This document shows positions 13,791 to 27,220 of a DNA stretch of 64,000 nucleotides, piece after piece; position 1 is the stretch's first letter, and each line of letters starts with the position of its first letter. A program made the translations under genes and the position numbers. Below the pieces are notes generated by a model, which saw only the letters and a list, made by a program, of their open reading frames with translations, did no database searches and was not told where the DNA came from. Source of the stretch: Pocillopora damicornis (Eukaryota); NCBI RefSeq assembly GCF_003704095.1, contig NW_020845073.1:868001-932000 (forward strand), in the 5' to 3' direction.

Positions 13791-14359
13791 TCAAGCTGAT
13801 TTCAGATCGTTGCATGATACATAAGCCGGGTTGTTGAAAGTCAAGTCCGCGTTGATCTTTTGTCCAATTTGTGAAGCTTCTCGTACTTCATTGGCGTCAG
13901 AATTGTTACATCTCCGTCTAATACAACAGAAGACCACAATAACCACTGCAATGAGTACGATCCCTGCTATGGCAGAAGCGAGGACATACCACAGTTTCCA
14001 GCTCCTCTTCGTACCTGAAGAGCAGAACAACTAAATTCAAAGATAATGCTGGTAAAAAAATTCTTTGATTTTTTAAATAAAATTAAAACTGATGCTTTCA
14101 TGCTTTCTTTCTGAGCCTTTCGGCATTTGCAGTATTCATAGCGTTCTGTTCTCCCGACTGATTTACAACAGTTAGAGCTCACCTGATGGTTCACAACTTG
14201 GTTTAGAGCCATTCCACTGTCCTTGATAACAACGAATAACTGAAGGGCCTGTGAGACTGAAACCTGTGTCACAATGGAACTTGAATAGCATGGCTCCATC
14301 TTTAGAATCCTTTCTTTGCATTAAACCATTGCGAAGTACGTTCTCCATTGGTATACAGC
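13791..14359 (-). CDS. Mesh-like exons 14-15 (Sushi/CCP; TM plus cytoplasmic tail with NPxY)
   Basis: Sushi exon 14359-14183 (CIPMEN...FHCDTGF.L.G...I.C..GQWNGSKPSC). TM exon 14014-13791 (WYVLASAIAGIVLIAVVIVVFCCIRRR...TFNNPAY). Confidence 0.85.
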
Positions 14360-15251
14360 CTGCAAGAATTTAATATCTGTTAGCTACTTATTCAGTATCA
14401 AGACAAACTTCAGGAAAAATCCGCAGCCACGAACGTCTGGCCGATCATGTTTTTTTTCCACGCACTTTTGAACTGCGGCAATAATTATTTGGTGCACAAT
14501 TATCCTTCATGCATAAAACCTCACGCGGAGAAGAATTAGTTAGTTTTCTCAGTATTCACATCTCTCGCTGCTAACGTTTGGATCTCAAGTTTTCGCTGGT
14601 CATTGATCACAGGTCACCAATATAACCAGCCCAAGGTTATTTCTGCACGACAAAGAACCAGTTAACAACAAGTCCCTAACAATATTACTACCAGAACAGT
14701 TCCAGTATTTTGTAGATCATCACTGAAACTCAATCATTCGGTAATATACTGGTTTGAAAGTTGAATGTAAAGGTCAACAAAGTAACCAATTCTGAAGCTG
14801 ATATTTTAAAACATGTAACAGTATCATAAGCGATTTGGCAATACTGTGTTGCAAAACGCAGCGTTTTAAAATCTTCGGCAAGGGATTATGCATCTCCTCT
14901 TTTTTCAGCAATACTTTTCATCGATCATGTCTCATAATATGCACACTNNNNNNNNNNNNNNNNNNNNNNNNNNNNNNNNNNNNNNNNNNNNNNNNNNNNN
15001 NNNNNNNNNNNNNNNNNNNNNNNNNNNNNNNNNNNNNNNNNNNNNNNAATGTAAAGGTCAACAAAGTTACCAATTCTGAAGTTGATATTTTAAAACATGT
15101 AACAGCATAATAAGGGATTTGGCAATACTATGTTGCAAAAAGCAGCGTTATAAAACTTTTAAGCAGGGGATTACGCATCTCTTCTCTTTTCAGCATTGCT
15201 TTTCATCAATCATTTCTCATAATATCCACACTGGACAAAAGAGCCACTAAC

Positions 15252-16142
15252 CTGGGGTCTCTATTTCATTTACGACCACAGCAAACGACTCCAAGGCCTT
15301 CTTAGAATTCATCCCAATGCTGATCTTTCCAGTGGTGTAAATATCAAACAGGCATTGCTTGTTATTACCGCACACATTTCGAGCCTTCTGACCGAAGATT
15401 ACGTCATCAAAAATCAAATCCTGATCGAAAAATACCGGTATGTATCCCACATCGACATAAGTGTTATGATTCTCGCCATAATCGTATGTGAATAATGAGT
15501 CCTCTTCAGTCGCAGCCCCTGTGAGGATGATATTACGGTTAGGATGACCAACAGTTTTCCACGAATTTTTAACAATTTTCATGGGTCAGGCCTTAACTGA
15601 AGGCTAAGCTGAGCACATTTTCACTACATTTATGTAACTTGGTCACGTTTTAAGAAGTATATTTTAAACAGCAAAGGTTTGAAAAGGTTCACAAATATCT
15701 CAAGAGTAGCTTAAAGTGTTTTAACCTAAGTCCTGTGCTTAAAAAACATTTTAGGCCAGGGAAATGCAACTTATCATCAAACTGAAGGCATGACTTTTCC
15801 TTCAAGAAATCTTGGATTTTTACAGGTTAGAAAGTAACCATCAGGGCTGCCAAAAGCATGTCAAACAGTGTTAGATGAATACCTCCTCCTAACGAGTAAC
15901 GTCATGTCACCCTCTGAGTTCTACAGGAGGTACCCAATTAGCGTTCTGGTTGTAGGTCTAAGTGAACAAGGATTACTGTAAATATTCAGCGCACGGTCTC
16001 AAGTGCATCAGCTTACATTTTTGTCCAAATTCGTAATGAATTCGTGATTGGTTTGAATTAGTGTCAAGGAAGGTTCCGTCAGGAAGCAGATATTCTTTTA
16101 CTTGGTCTCCGTCCCAGAATCCCAAAAGGCCACTTGTGTTTC
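15252..16142 (-). CDS. Mesh-like exons 12-13 (vWD C-terminus and following cysteine-containing region)
   Basis: Exons 16142-16017 (GNTSGLLGFWDGD) and 15518-15252 (VCGNNKQCLFDI). Confidence 0.82.
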
Positions 16143-16866
16143 CTTAAAAAACATAATAAAGAGAGAAAAACGTAATAAATAGACGTACTAACACTTGAAT
16201 TAATTTCAAAGAATTTAAATCTGTCGCGTCATACTTCAAATTTAAAGCAGAGGATTGCCTTTTACTTGGCGTTGAGTAATCAACAGTAATTGTCGGCAAT
16301 CTTCCCCCAATTTGCTGCAGTATGCCGGCGTTACCCGNNNNNNNNNNNNNNNNNNNNNNNNNNNNNNNNNNNNNNNNNNNNNNNNNNNNNNNNNNNNNNN
16401 NNNNNNNNNNNNNNNNNNNNNNNNNNNNNNNNNNNNNTAGTTAGTTTTCCCGGTATTCACATCTCTCGCTGCTAACGTTTGGATCTCACGTTTTCGCTGG
16501 TCACTGATCACAGGTCACCAATATAACCAGCCCAAGGTTATTTGTGCACGACAAAGAGCCGGTTCACAACAAGTCCCTAACAGTATTACTACCAGAACAG
16601 TTCCAGTATTTTGAAGATCATCACTGAAACTCAATCATTCGGTAATATACTGGTTTGAAAATTGAATGTAAAGGTCAACAAAGTTACCAATTATGAAGTT
16701 GACATTTTAAAACATGCAACTGTATCAAAAGCGATTTTGAAATACTGTGTTGCAAAACGCAGCGTTTTAAAATTTTCAGCAAGGGATTATGCATCTCCTC
16801 TTTTTTCAGCAATACTTTTATCGATCATGTCCCATAATATGCACACTTGACAAAAGAGCCACTAAC

Positions 16867-19800
16867 CTGGGGTCTCTATTTCATTTACGACCACAGCAAA
16901 CGACTCCAAGGCCTTCTTAGAATTCATCCCAATGCTGATCTTTCCAGTGGTGTAAATATCAAACAGGCATTGCTTGTTATTACCACACACATTTCGAGCC
17001 TTCTGACCGAAGATTACGTCATCAAAAATCAAATCCTGATCGAAAAATACCGGTATGTATGCCACATCGACATAGGAGGTATGATTTTCGCCATAATATG
17101 TGAATAATGAGTCCTCTTCAGTAACAGCCCCTGTGAGGATGACATTACGGTAAGGATGACCAACAGAACAATTTTCTAGGGTCAGGTCTTAACTGAAGGC
17201 TAAGCTGAGCGCATTTTCACTGCATTCATGTAACTTGGTCACGTTTGTAAGAAGTACATTTAAAACACCAAAGGGTTGAAAAGGTTCATAAATATCTCAA
17301 GAGTAGCTTAAAGTATTTCAATCTGAATCCTGTGCTTAAAAACCATTTTAGGCCAGGGAAATGCAGCTTATCATCAAACTGAAGGCATGACTTTTCCTTC
17401 CAGAAATCCTGGATTTTTACCGGCTAGAAAGCAACCATCAGAGCTGCCAAAAGCATGTCAAACAGCGTTAGATGAATACCTCCCCCTAAAGAGTAACGTT
17501 ATGTTACCATCTGAGTTCTACAGGAGGTACCTAATTAACGTTCTGGTTGAATATCTAAGTGAACAAGGATTACTGTAAATATTTAGCGTATGTTCTCAAG
17601 CGTAGTAGCTTACATTTTTGTCCAAATTCGTAATGAATTCGTGATTGGTTTGAATTAGTGTCAAGGAAGGTTCCGTTAGGAAGCAGGTATTCTTTTACTT
17701 GGTCCCCGTCCCAGAATCCCAGAAGGCCACTTGTGTTTCCTTAACAAACATAAACACAATACAGATATAAAGAAATAAATATACTTCTCATAAAGAAGGC
17801 TATCCAGCTTATCAAGAAAAGCCAGCATCATTCAGATAGCGCTGAATTTAATTTCATCATTATTTTTTATAACAAAGAGAAACAGCCTCGACCTGTTGTG
17901 ATCATGAATTCCAGGATGTCACTTCAGACGAATGTTCAGGATGGGGCATACCTTTATACATCTGTGGCACCAGCAGCATCATTTGTAAAAGTTCATCGGC
18001 CTTCTCGATTGTAACTGATATGCCAGAGTTGAATATGGTGGAATATTTATAAGAGTTATTGTATTTTAAAACTGTGACGCCATTAAAATCCACCAGCAGT
18101 CGCTCATCAGATTCTATCAAAGCTCCATTCACCAGAACGTCAACTTCACTGCGGCCGTTCATGTGAACCTGATAAGAGGGAATTCAGTTCAAGTTGACGA
18201 TAGATATTTCTATTTAGAGTCTGCTTAGCTAGAGTGCAGACGATGGGGTCTTTGGGACCAACACAGCACTTTTTTTTTTTTAACAGCTTTATTGACCATT
18301 ACACATGTTACATACAGCAAATTAAACAGCCAAGAAAAAAAACGAAATATTTGTGCAAAGTGATTTAAAGTGATAAGGTCAAAAGGGAAGGTACGAACGG
18401 GACGCGAGGACCCATGCTAGGCACCTCCCATGGTACAAATAATAATTAAAACACGATCAACCAAAAGACGCCAAATTCAAAAGACGCTAAAAAAACTAGG
18501 GATGGCAGGGGCAGAATCGTACAATTGACCAGGTACAGGGATAGGATATGTCAAAGTGATTGTGCAAAAGGTGAAACATGTGCTCAGTAACAAAGTTGCG
18601 GAAGGAAGCAGTAGTTGAAAAACTGGTAGGGGTGAAAATTTACAGATAGTTCCAGAGCTTAACAATACGATTAAAGTAAGAGGCCTGAAAAGTGCTAGTT
18701 TTACATACAGGAGTTTTAAGGTTATAAGAATTACTTAGTCTGGTTCGGCCGTGAGAAACAGGAGTAACAAAATCATAAACATTAAGATCAGTAAAACCAT
18801 TCCGACATTTGTAAAAAAAACAAGATCTTTGAGTTCGTGGTCAAATGTCAGAGGAAGAAGTTGCACTTGCCTTCCGACCACTCTTTTTCCTTTAAGGGCA
18901 AAACATTTTGTTCAGAAAGTAACGGCCACGAGTTTTCCTCTTTGTTATAAAACAACTGAGAGAAAAAGTGTTAAGGCAAAAAAACCAGCTGCATTTCATA
19001 ATCATTAGTTAATACCCATTCTTCTCTCTCTTTTAATCCTTTTTAAACTGCGCACAGGGAAAGCTTAAACTGCGGTCACAAGTGTTTTCTGAATAATGAA
19101 CAGCCCCCCTTTTTTCTAAAGAAAAGTCGAAGGTTAGTTTCTGTTTGGCCGGTGCTTACCTGTACAATATCCGAGCCATTTTCCTTCATCGCAAACGCCT
19201 TGTAAACTGTACCATGAGTCTTTCTGCCGTAACTATTGATCAAAGGCTGCATTCTTCCCTGTAGCTTGAACCCAGAAGGTGCTACCTGGAGAATGTGATA
19301 CTCGCCATAACCATTAAAGGTGTATTCAACTCCATCCAAAGTAACCATGTGAGGATCGCCGATTCCAGTGGCTACAGAAAAAAATCAGCTAAAAATGAAA
19401 GTGAGCACAATCATTTAATTTTACCTCTAGGTTTAGTCTAATACTTAACCACAACTAGATGAAATTTGCGCCGAAAGTTTTGGCAACATTATCATCATAA
19501 CATCATACAAAACAAAAATGTGCAAAAAAAAGACTTGAAAACTGCATGTAAGTAAAAGAAAAAATGGCGGGAGGATCGAATGTGATGGAAATAGTTGAAT
19601 TGGTTCCTTGACCTCTTAACAAATTGCCAAGGCGAAACTTCTCAAAATCCTAAGAATCAGGCCATTTCAACAGACAGTTGACCACAATAAAGCACTTCAC
19701 AGAGGTTCACAGCTCTTTCAGTTTAGGAATTACAAACACTAGTAATTCCAGCTAAATTTATCCCAATAGCTGTCGCAGCAGTACATTTCGAAGTATAATT

Positions 19801-20015
19801 GATTAGCGGGCTTAGTATTTATCTCAGCTTTCGGAGTCTCTTTTCAATATATCTGTCAAGAATACGCGTCATTAACTCACTTTGCGTGGATAAAATGAAA
19901 AGCAGTTTTACTCACAAGGAGACCCATTTGAAACAAAGGATAGTCATAAAATTACTGATATCCAACCTGGCCGTGGAGGCTCGTAATTCATGCCGTTATC
20001 TGATGGTCTCTTCTC
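16867..20015 (-). CDS. Mesh-like exons 9 (partial) to 13 on one contig
   Basis: Exons 20015-19967, 19371-19160 (GDPH, vWD start), 18168-17952, 17739-17614 and 17130-16867; phases consistent with the complete copy. Confidence 0.85.
18271..18874 (-). mobile_element. 5'-truncated LINE (CR1/L2-like ORF2 C-terminus, 3'UTR, polyA)
   Basis: Absent from the paralogous intron at about 21190-21215. Translates LLPLTFDHELKDLVFF/YKCRNG...TFQASYFNRIVKLWN with one frameshift. Ends in AATAAA plus a polyA run (T-run at 18270-18281 on +). Confidence 0.8.
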
Positions 20016-20704
20016 ANNNNNNNNNNNNNNNNNNNNNNNNNNNNNNNNNNNNNNNNNNNNNNNNNNNNNNNNNNNNNNNNNNNNNNNNNNNNNNNNNNNN
20101 NNNNNNNNNNNNNNNNCTATCCTTTGTTTCAAATGGGTCTCCTTGTGAGCAAAACTGCTTTTTATTTTATCCATGCAAAGTGAGTTAATGGCACGTCTTC
20201 TTGACAGATATATTGAAAGGAGACTTCGAAAACTAAGATAAATACTAAGCCCGCTAATCAATTATACTTCGAAATGTACTGCTGCGACAGCTATTGGGAT
20301 AAATTTAGCTGGAATTACTAATGTTTGTAATTTCTAAACCGAAAGAGCTGTGAAACTCTCTGAAGTGCTTTGTTATGGTCAACTGTCTGTTGAAATGGCC
20401 TGATTGTTAGGATTCTTGACAAGTTTCGTCTTGGCAATTTGTCAAGAGGTCAAGGAATTTGGAAGTGATAAGCGGATTTCAACTATTTCCATCACATTCG
20501 ATCCCCCCGCCATTTTTTCCTTTTACTTACATGCAGTTTTCAAGTCTTTTTTTCGCAAATTTTTGTTTTTGATGTTTTGTATAATGTAATGATGATGATG
20601 TTGCCGAAACATTCGCCGCAAATTTCATCTAGTTGTGGTTAAGTATTAGATTGAACCTAGAGGTAAAATTCAAAAAAATTATTTTTAACTGTTTTTTTCT
20701 GTAG

Positions 20705-21957
20705 CCACTGGAGTCGGCGAACCTCACATGATTACTTTGGATGGAGTTGAATACACCTTTAATGGTTATGGCGACTATCAAATTCTCCAGGTAGCACCTT
20801 CTGGGTTCAAGCTACAGGGAAGAATGCAGCCTTTAATCAATCGCTACGGCAGAAAGACTCTTGGTACAGTTTATAAGGCGTTTGCGATGAAGGAAAATGG
20901 CTCGGATATTGTTCAGGTAAACACTGACCAAACAGAAGCTAACCTTCGACTTTTCTATAGAAAAAAAGGGGGCTGTCAATTATTCAGAAAACACTTGTGA
21001 CCGCGGTTTAAGCTTTCGCTGTGCGCAGTTTAAAAAGATTAAAAAAGAGAGAAGAATGTTCATTAACCAATGATTATAAAATGCAGCAGTTTATTTTTCG
21101 CCTTAACAGTTTTGCTCTCAGTTGTTTTTGAACAGAGAGGAAAACGCGTGGCGGTTATTTTCTGAAGAAAATGTTTTGCCCTTAAAGGAAAAAGAGTAGT
21201 CGAAGTGCTGTGTTGGTCCTAAAGACCCCATCGTCTGCACTCTAGCTAAGCAGACTCTAAATAGAAATATCTATCGGCAACTTGAACTGAATTCTCTCTG
21301 ATCAGGTTCACATCAACGGCCGCAATGAAGTTGACGTTCTGGTGAATGGAGCTTTGATGGAATTTGATGAGCGACTGCTAATGGATTTTAATGGCGTCAC
21401 AGTTTTAAAATACAACAACTCCTATAAATATTCCACCATATTCAATTCTGGGATATCAGTTACAATCGAGAAGGCCGATGAACTTTTACAAATGATGCTA
21501 CTGGTGCCACAGATGTATAAAGGTATGCCCCATCCTAAACATTCGTCTAAAGTGACATCCTGGAATTTATGATCACAACAGGTCGAGGCTGTTTCTCTTT
21601 GTTATAACAAATAATGATGAAATTAAATTCAGCGTTATCTGAATGATGCTGGCTTTTCTTGATAAGCTGGAGAGCCTTCTTTATGAGAAGTATCTTTAGT
21701 AAAGCAATCAAGCGGCAACTGACAGGTAACGCCGGCAAACTGCAGCAAATTGGAAGGAAGAACTACTGTTTGATTATTCAACGCCAATTAAAAGGCAACC
21801 CTCAGTTTTAAATAACAAGTACGATGCGACAGTTTTTAATTCTTTGAAATTAACTCATGTGTTAATATGTCTATTTATTTCGCTTTTCTCTCCTTACTAT
21901 GTCTGTTAAGGAAACACAAGTGGCCTTCTGGGATTCTGGGACGGGGACCAAGTAAAA
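20705..21957 (+). CDS. Mesh-like exons 10, 11 and partial 12 (vWD), plus-oriented contig
   Basis: Exons 20705-20916 (ATGVGEPHMITLDG), 21306-21522 and 21911-gap. Confidence 0.82.
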
Positions 21958-22179
21958 NNNNNNNNNNNNNNNNNNNNNNNNNNNNNNNNNNNNNNNNNNN
22001 NNNNNNNNNNNNNNNNNNNNNNNNNNNNNNNNNNNNNNNNNNNNNNNNNNNNNNNNNTTCTTTTCAAACTGCACCCGGCGAAAGGTTAACCTCGCTCATA
22101 AGTGTTTTCTGAATAAGGAACAGCCCCCTTTTTTTCTTAAGAAAAAGCGAAGGTTAGTTTCTGTTTGGCCAGTGTTTAC

Positions 22180-24990
22180 CTGTACAATATCCGAGCCATT
22201 TTCCTTCATCGCAAACGCCTTATAAACTGTACCAGGAGTCTTTCTGCCGTAACTATTGATCAAAGGCTGCATTCTTCCCTGTAGCTTGAACCCAGAAGGT
22301 GGTACCTGGAGAATGTGATACTCGCCATAACCATTAAAGGTATATTCAACTCCATCCAAAGTAATCATGTGAGGATCGCCGACTCCAGTGGCTACAGAAA
22401 AAAACAGTTAAAAATAAAAGTGAGTATAATCATTGAATTTTAATCTAATACTTAACCACAACTAAATAAAATTTGCGCCGAAATTTTTGGCAACATTATC
22501 ATCATATTATACAAAACATTAAAAACAGAAATGTACAAAAAAAAGACTTGGAAACTGCAAGTAAGTAAAAGGAAAAATGGCAGGTGGATCGAATGTGATG
22601 GAAATAGTTTAAATTCGCTTATCAATTCTATATTCCTTGACCTCTTAACAAGTAGCCAAGACGAAACTTGTCAAGAATCCTAACAATCAGGCCATTTCAA
22701 TGGACAGTTAGCCACAATAAAGCACTTCACAGAGGTTTGCAGTTTTCAGTACAGCTCCTTTGGTTGAGGAATTACAAACATTAGTAATTTTCCAGCTAAA
22801 TTTATCCTAATAGTTTTCGTAGCACTACATCTCGAAGTATAATTGATTAGCGGACTTAGTATTTATCCTAGTTTTCGAAGTCTCTTTTCAGAATATCTGT
22901 CAAGAATACGTGCCATTAACTCACTTCGCATGGATAAAATGAAACAGGAGACCCATTTGAAACAAAGGATAGTCATAAAGTTACTGATATCCAACCTGGC
23001 CGTGGAGGCTCGTAGTTCATGCCGTTATCTGATGGTCTCTTCTCAAAGTACTTTCCACAGTTTTCAGACAATACACAACAGTCTGAATAAGGCATCAGGT
23101 CGTGGAAGAAATGAGAGAGAAACGGCACTCCAACACTAATATGAACCCGACTCAGGGATCCCCCATTTTTTGGACCAATCATCAAGTTTCCTTGTTCATT
23201 ATAGCAACACTGCTGTCCAGCACCTTCTTCACTGCAAATTGAATGAAGTTGGATGTTCAGTCTCAATCAATGGCATTTGCATACCCAAAGAGAAAAATGT
23301 AAGTTCTTCCAACAGGAGATGGAAACCGTATTTCGCCCTGGTACTTAACTAATTATAGGAGACGCTTAGCCAGTTCGCTAAGCTAGGTTATATGAACTAG
23401 CGCGAGCTTTTATTGAAAAACATTATAAGAGATATCTGCGAGAAAGAGCCGAACGCGACGACGAGAAAAAGGCGCAAAAAAGCTTTACGGCCTCGTGAGA
23501 TGCAAAATGCAACAATTAAGAAAGGGAAATGGAGAAGGAACGGCGATCATATGAAAACATGCTTGTTGACCGAAGTGGGTTGGGAAAGACGAGAATATCT
23601 TTGTCTCTTTATCATATATTCCTTCCGACCCTTCCACCCGGGCAATAAGTAAGCAATAAGCATATGGGCTTGATGATGATAGACTAAACTTAATTATTTT
23701 TTTTTTTTACTGCAGAGTAAGCGACTCTGTAGACGTACACTCATTTCTGTACGTTGAGCATGTTTTCTTGTGAATCATATATGCATATTCACCTTGGATT
23801 GTTAGTGCTAAAGCAATGCGTTGCCTCCTTGCGGTATACAGCACAGTGTTGCTCAACATCTGGATTACAGTATTCGTCTAACATAAATCTACCGCGATCC
23901 GCCATCGCTTGAAGAAACGTTTGCGGGCAGGATAGGAGGGAGGTGTCATCTGTGAATATGCAAAGAAGTGGTCGCAATTAGGTCTGTCGAAAAACATTGT
24001 TATGTAAGACCTCTCCTCTAAGATGTGTACTGTTTTTTCATTAATTTTAAAGTTTTTGTTGATATCTTCGTAGTGTTGTAATCTCGGCTACTTGAGATTT
24101 GTGTTTGTAGTTACTGGTAGCCCTCAACTAAATGTTTTCTGCCTAGCTTCTTGGGATCCCGTTGAAATTAAAAATGGGCTATTTTGTGATTTACCTGTGT
24201 ATATCTCAGGATCAGGCTGCTTGTCATACCAGTGCACACATCTCTGTTCAGCCATCTCATAGCTCAACCAGTGGAATGGATCGCTCCAGATCCACTCGGC
24301 CGGGGAATTGCTGAAATTGCCAGAAATCCTTTTTACCAGAACCAGTGTGACAAAGCGGTCACCCCCAGCTATTGTTCTAAAAGTTTGTAGGAAAAAGAGT
24401 TTTAAAAATGTTCTCATTGAGAAGGTTCGTGTACTTTCGACTAAACAGTGTACTTTTCTGCCGTTGTGATTTGAAGAGAAAAGTTTCTTTAGCTTCGATA
24501 ACAAAGTATCTGATAACGCAACAAACAATTTATTTTACGTAATCCTTTCTCGATCAATTGGATACTTCCCAAAATGCATTAAAGAAAAAGTGCTAGCTTT
24601 TTCATCGTTGGCGATCTACTATAAGCTTCTAATTTAAGGAAGAGGTCCTCTATGATTCATCGTCATTTCGATGATTTTGAAGTTTCTGCAGACTGTTAGT
24701 TTCAGTTTATTGAGAATGAAAAGCAATGATAACTTCTCACCCTTGACCTGCCCCTTTTGGTACAAGGAACAGACTGGTTCCGTCATTTTCCTGACCTGCC
24801 ACTAGATTGAATGTGCTATGAAAAACCACCTGTCCGTCATCTTTCATAGAAAAACGAGCCAACTGAACAGTTACTCTTTGATTCTCGCCCCCGAGGTAAG
24901 CTGGATCCCATGAAATCTGAGCTTCAGCTTGTTCAGACCACGTCTTCGCCATATGCCGTACGACAGCCGGCTTGAATTTGACAATGTTAA
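22180..24990 (-). CDS. Mesh-like exons 6-10 (post-IPT region, AMOP, vWD start)
   Basis: Exons 24990-24741, 24376-24195, 23949-23793, 23231-22996 (GAGQQCCY, DCC, YFEKRPS AMOP motifs) and 22391-22180. Confidence 0.85.
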
Positions 24991-25497
24991 CTGGCAAGGC
25001 AAGAATCAATAAAAACCGATATACACACGCTACTCAAAATTCTGAATCACCTGAAATCCTAACCAATGGAGGTGGGATTGTCATGCTCCGAGACTGACAC
25101 GCCCTTAAGGTTTTATAGATCCTCTAAGGGATAAAATTGGCGATATGGTACTTCTAAAGTTTATCAAATGTATTCATNNNNNNNNNNNNNNNNNNNNNNN
25201 NNNNNNNNNNNNNNNNNNNNNNNNNNNNNNNNNNNNNNNNNNNNNNNNNNNNNNNNNNNNNNNNNNNNNNNNNNNNNGTCTGCCTAAAAACATTGTTATG
25301 AAAGACCTCTCCTCTAGGACCATCCTGTTGTGCTGTTGTCTCATTTATTTTAGAGTTTTTGTTGATATTTTCGTAGCGTTGTAATCTCGGCTAATTGAGA
25401 TTTGTGTTTGCCGTTACTAGTAGCCCTCAACTAAATGTTATCTGCTGAGCTTCTCAGGATCTCGCTTAAATAAAAAATGGGCTATTTTGTGATTCAC

Positions 25498-27118
25498 CTG
25501 TATATGTCTTTGGATTAGGCTGCCTGTTATACCAGTGCACACATCTCTGCTTAGCAATCTCGTAGTTTAACCAGTGGAATGGATCGCTCCAGATCCACTC
25601 GGCAGGGGAATTGCCGAAGTTGCCAGCAATCCTTTTTACTAGAACCAGTGTGACAAAGCGATCATCCCCAGCTGTTGCTCTAAAGGTTTGTGAACGCAAA
25701 AAAATTTTAAAAAAGGTTCTCATTGAGAAGGCTTGTGTACTTTCGACTAACAATGTACTTTTCTGCCGTTGTGATTTGAAGAGAAAAGTTTCGCTAGCTT
25801 CGAGAACAAAATATTCGATAACGCAGCAAACAATTAATTTTACATAATCATTTCTCGATCAACTAGATACTTACCCAGACTCATTATAGGAAAAATTTAA
25901 GCTTTTCCATCGTTGACGATTTAGCGTAAGCTTTGAATTTAATGAGGAGGTTCTTTATGATTCATCGTCATTTCGATGAGTTTGAAGTTGCTGTAGACTG
26001 AGTTTATTTTGGGCATGATTGAAAATGAAAGTAATGATGGCTTCTTACCCTTGACCTACTCCTTTTGGCACGACGAACTGACTGGTTCCGTCATTTTCCT
26101 GACCTGCCACTACATTGAATGTGCTATGAAAAACCACCTGTCGGTCGCTCTTCATGGAAAAACGTGCCAGTTGAACTGTTACTCTCTGATTCTCGCCTCC
26201 GAGGTACGCTGGATCCCATGTAATCCGGACTTGACTCTGTTCAGACCACTTCTTTGCCATATGCCGTACGACAGCTGGCTTGAATTTGACAATGTTAACT
26301 GGCAAGGAGCAAAAATCAATAAAAACCGATCTACATATACCTGAATAAGAGCAAGTGTTAGGTAAGGATACGTCCCGACTTAAAAACTCTGATGCACCAT
26401 CAATAAAAAACTATATACATATACCTGAATCAGATGAATTGTTAGCTATAGACACGTCACTACTCAAAATTCTGAATCACCCGAGCTCCTAACCAATGGA
26501 GGTGGGATTGTCATGCTCCAAGATTGACACGCCCGTAAGGTTTTAGTGACCCTCTAAGGGGTGCAGTTGGAGATATGGTAATTCTAAAGTTTATGAAATG
26601 TAGCCATTTTCAGATATACTAAAGAAACAGTTTTAGGCATAAGCTTAACCAAAAATCTCCCAAGACTTACCTTTTTTTACACAAATGAGACCGTTTTGTA
26701 CGGCATATTCCACTTAAAAACCTAGCCTCTTGAATCGAGTTTTTCGAAGAAACTTACTCACAGGCAACACCCGGGTCAACGAATAGACTGAGGGCCTTAG
26801 CAAAATAGTCTTTTATGCAGTGTAAAAGACTAGGCTTTACCACAACTTTCCAAAGTCTAATCTTACCAATGGTGATGATGCCTTGGTAATCGAAACTCCT
26901 TCCTCCATCTATTGACATTTTCATTGTCAACCTGCCAGTCAAATAAAGCATTGGCACAGTGCAAGATGCCTGAATGGGACTTATATGACTTCCGTTGGTT
27001 GCTTTGTCGCCAGAAAATTTACATATGATCTCATCTGATGAGTTGAAGCAAGGTCCAGACACGAAAAGGTTGTCACCTCCAAGCATGATTGCGTAGCCCG
27101 GTGAAATAACAATTGATC
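25498..27118 (-). CDS. Mesh-like exons 5-7 (IPT/TIG and following region)
   Basis: Exons 27118-26867 (ISPGYAIMLGG...GPCF...C.F...SCTVP), 26298-26049 and 25679-25498. Confidence 0.85.
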
Positions 27119-27220
27119 CTNNNNNNNNNNNNNNNNNNNNNNNNNNNNNNNNNNNNNNNNNNNNNNNNNNNNNNNNNNNNNNNNNNNNNNNNNNNNNNNN
27201 NNNNNNNNNNNNNNNNNNNN

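Noticed and set aside
19400-20700. Large inverted repeats around gaps (also 26500-27700) as real palindromes or invertible switches
   Set aside because: Each inversion centre is a 100-N gap and the arms are diverged paralogs; contig mis-orientation is the simpler explanation.
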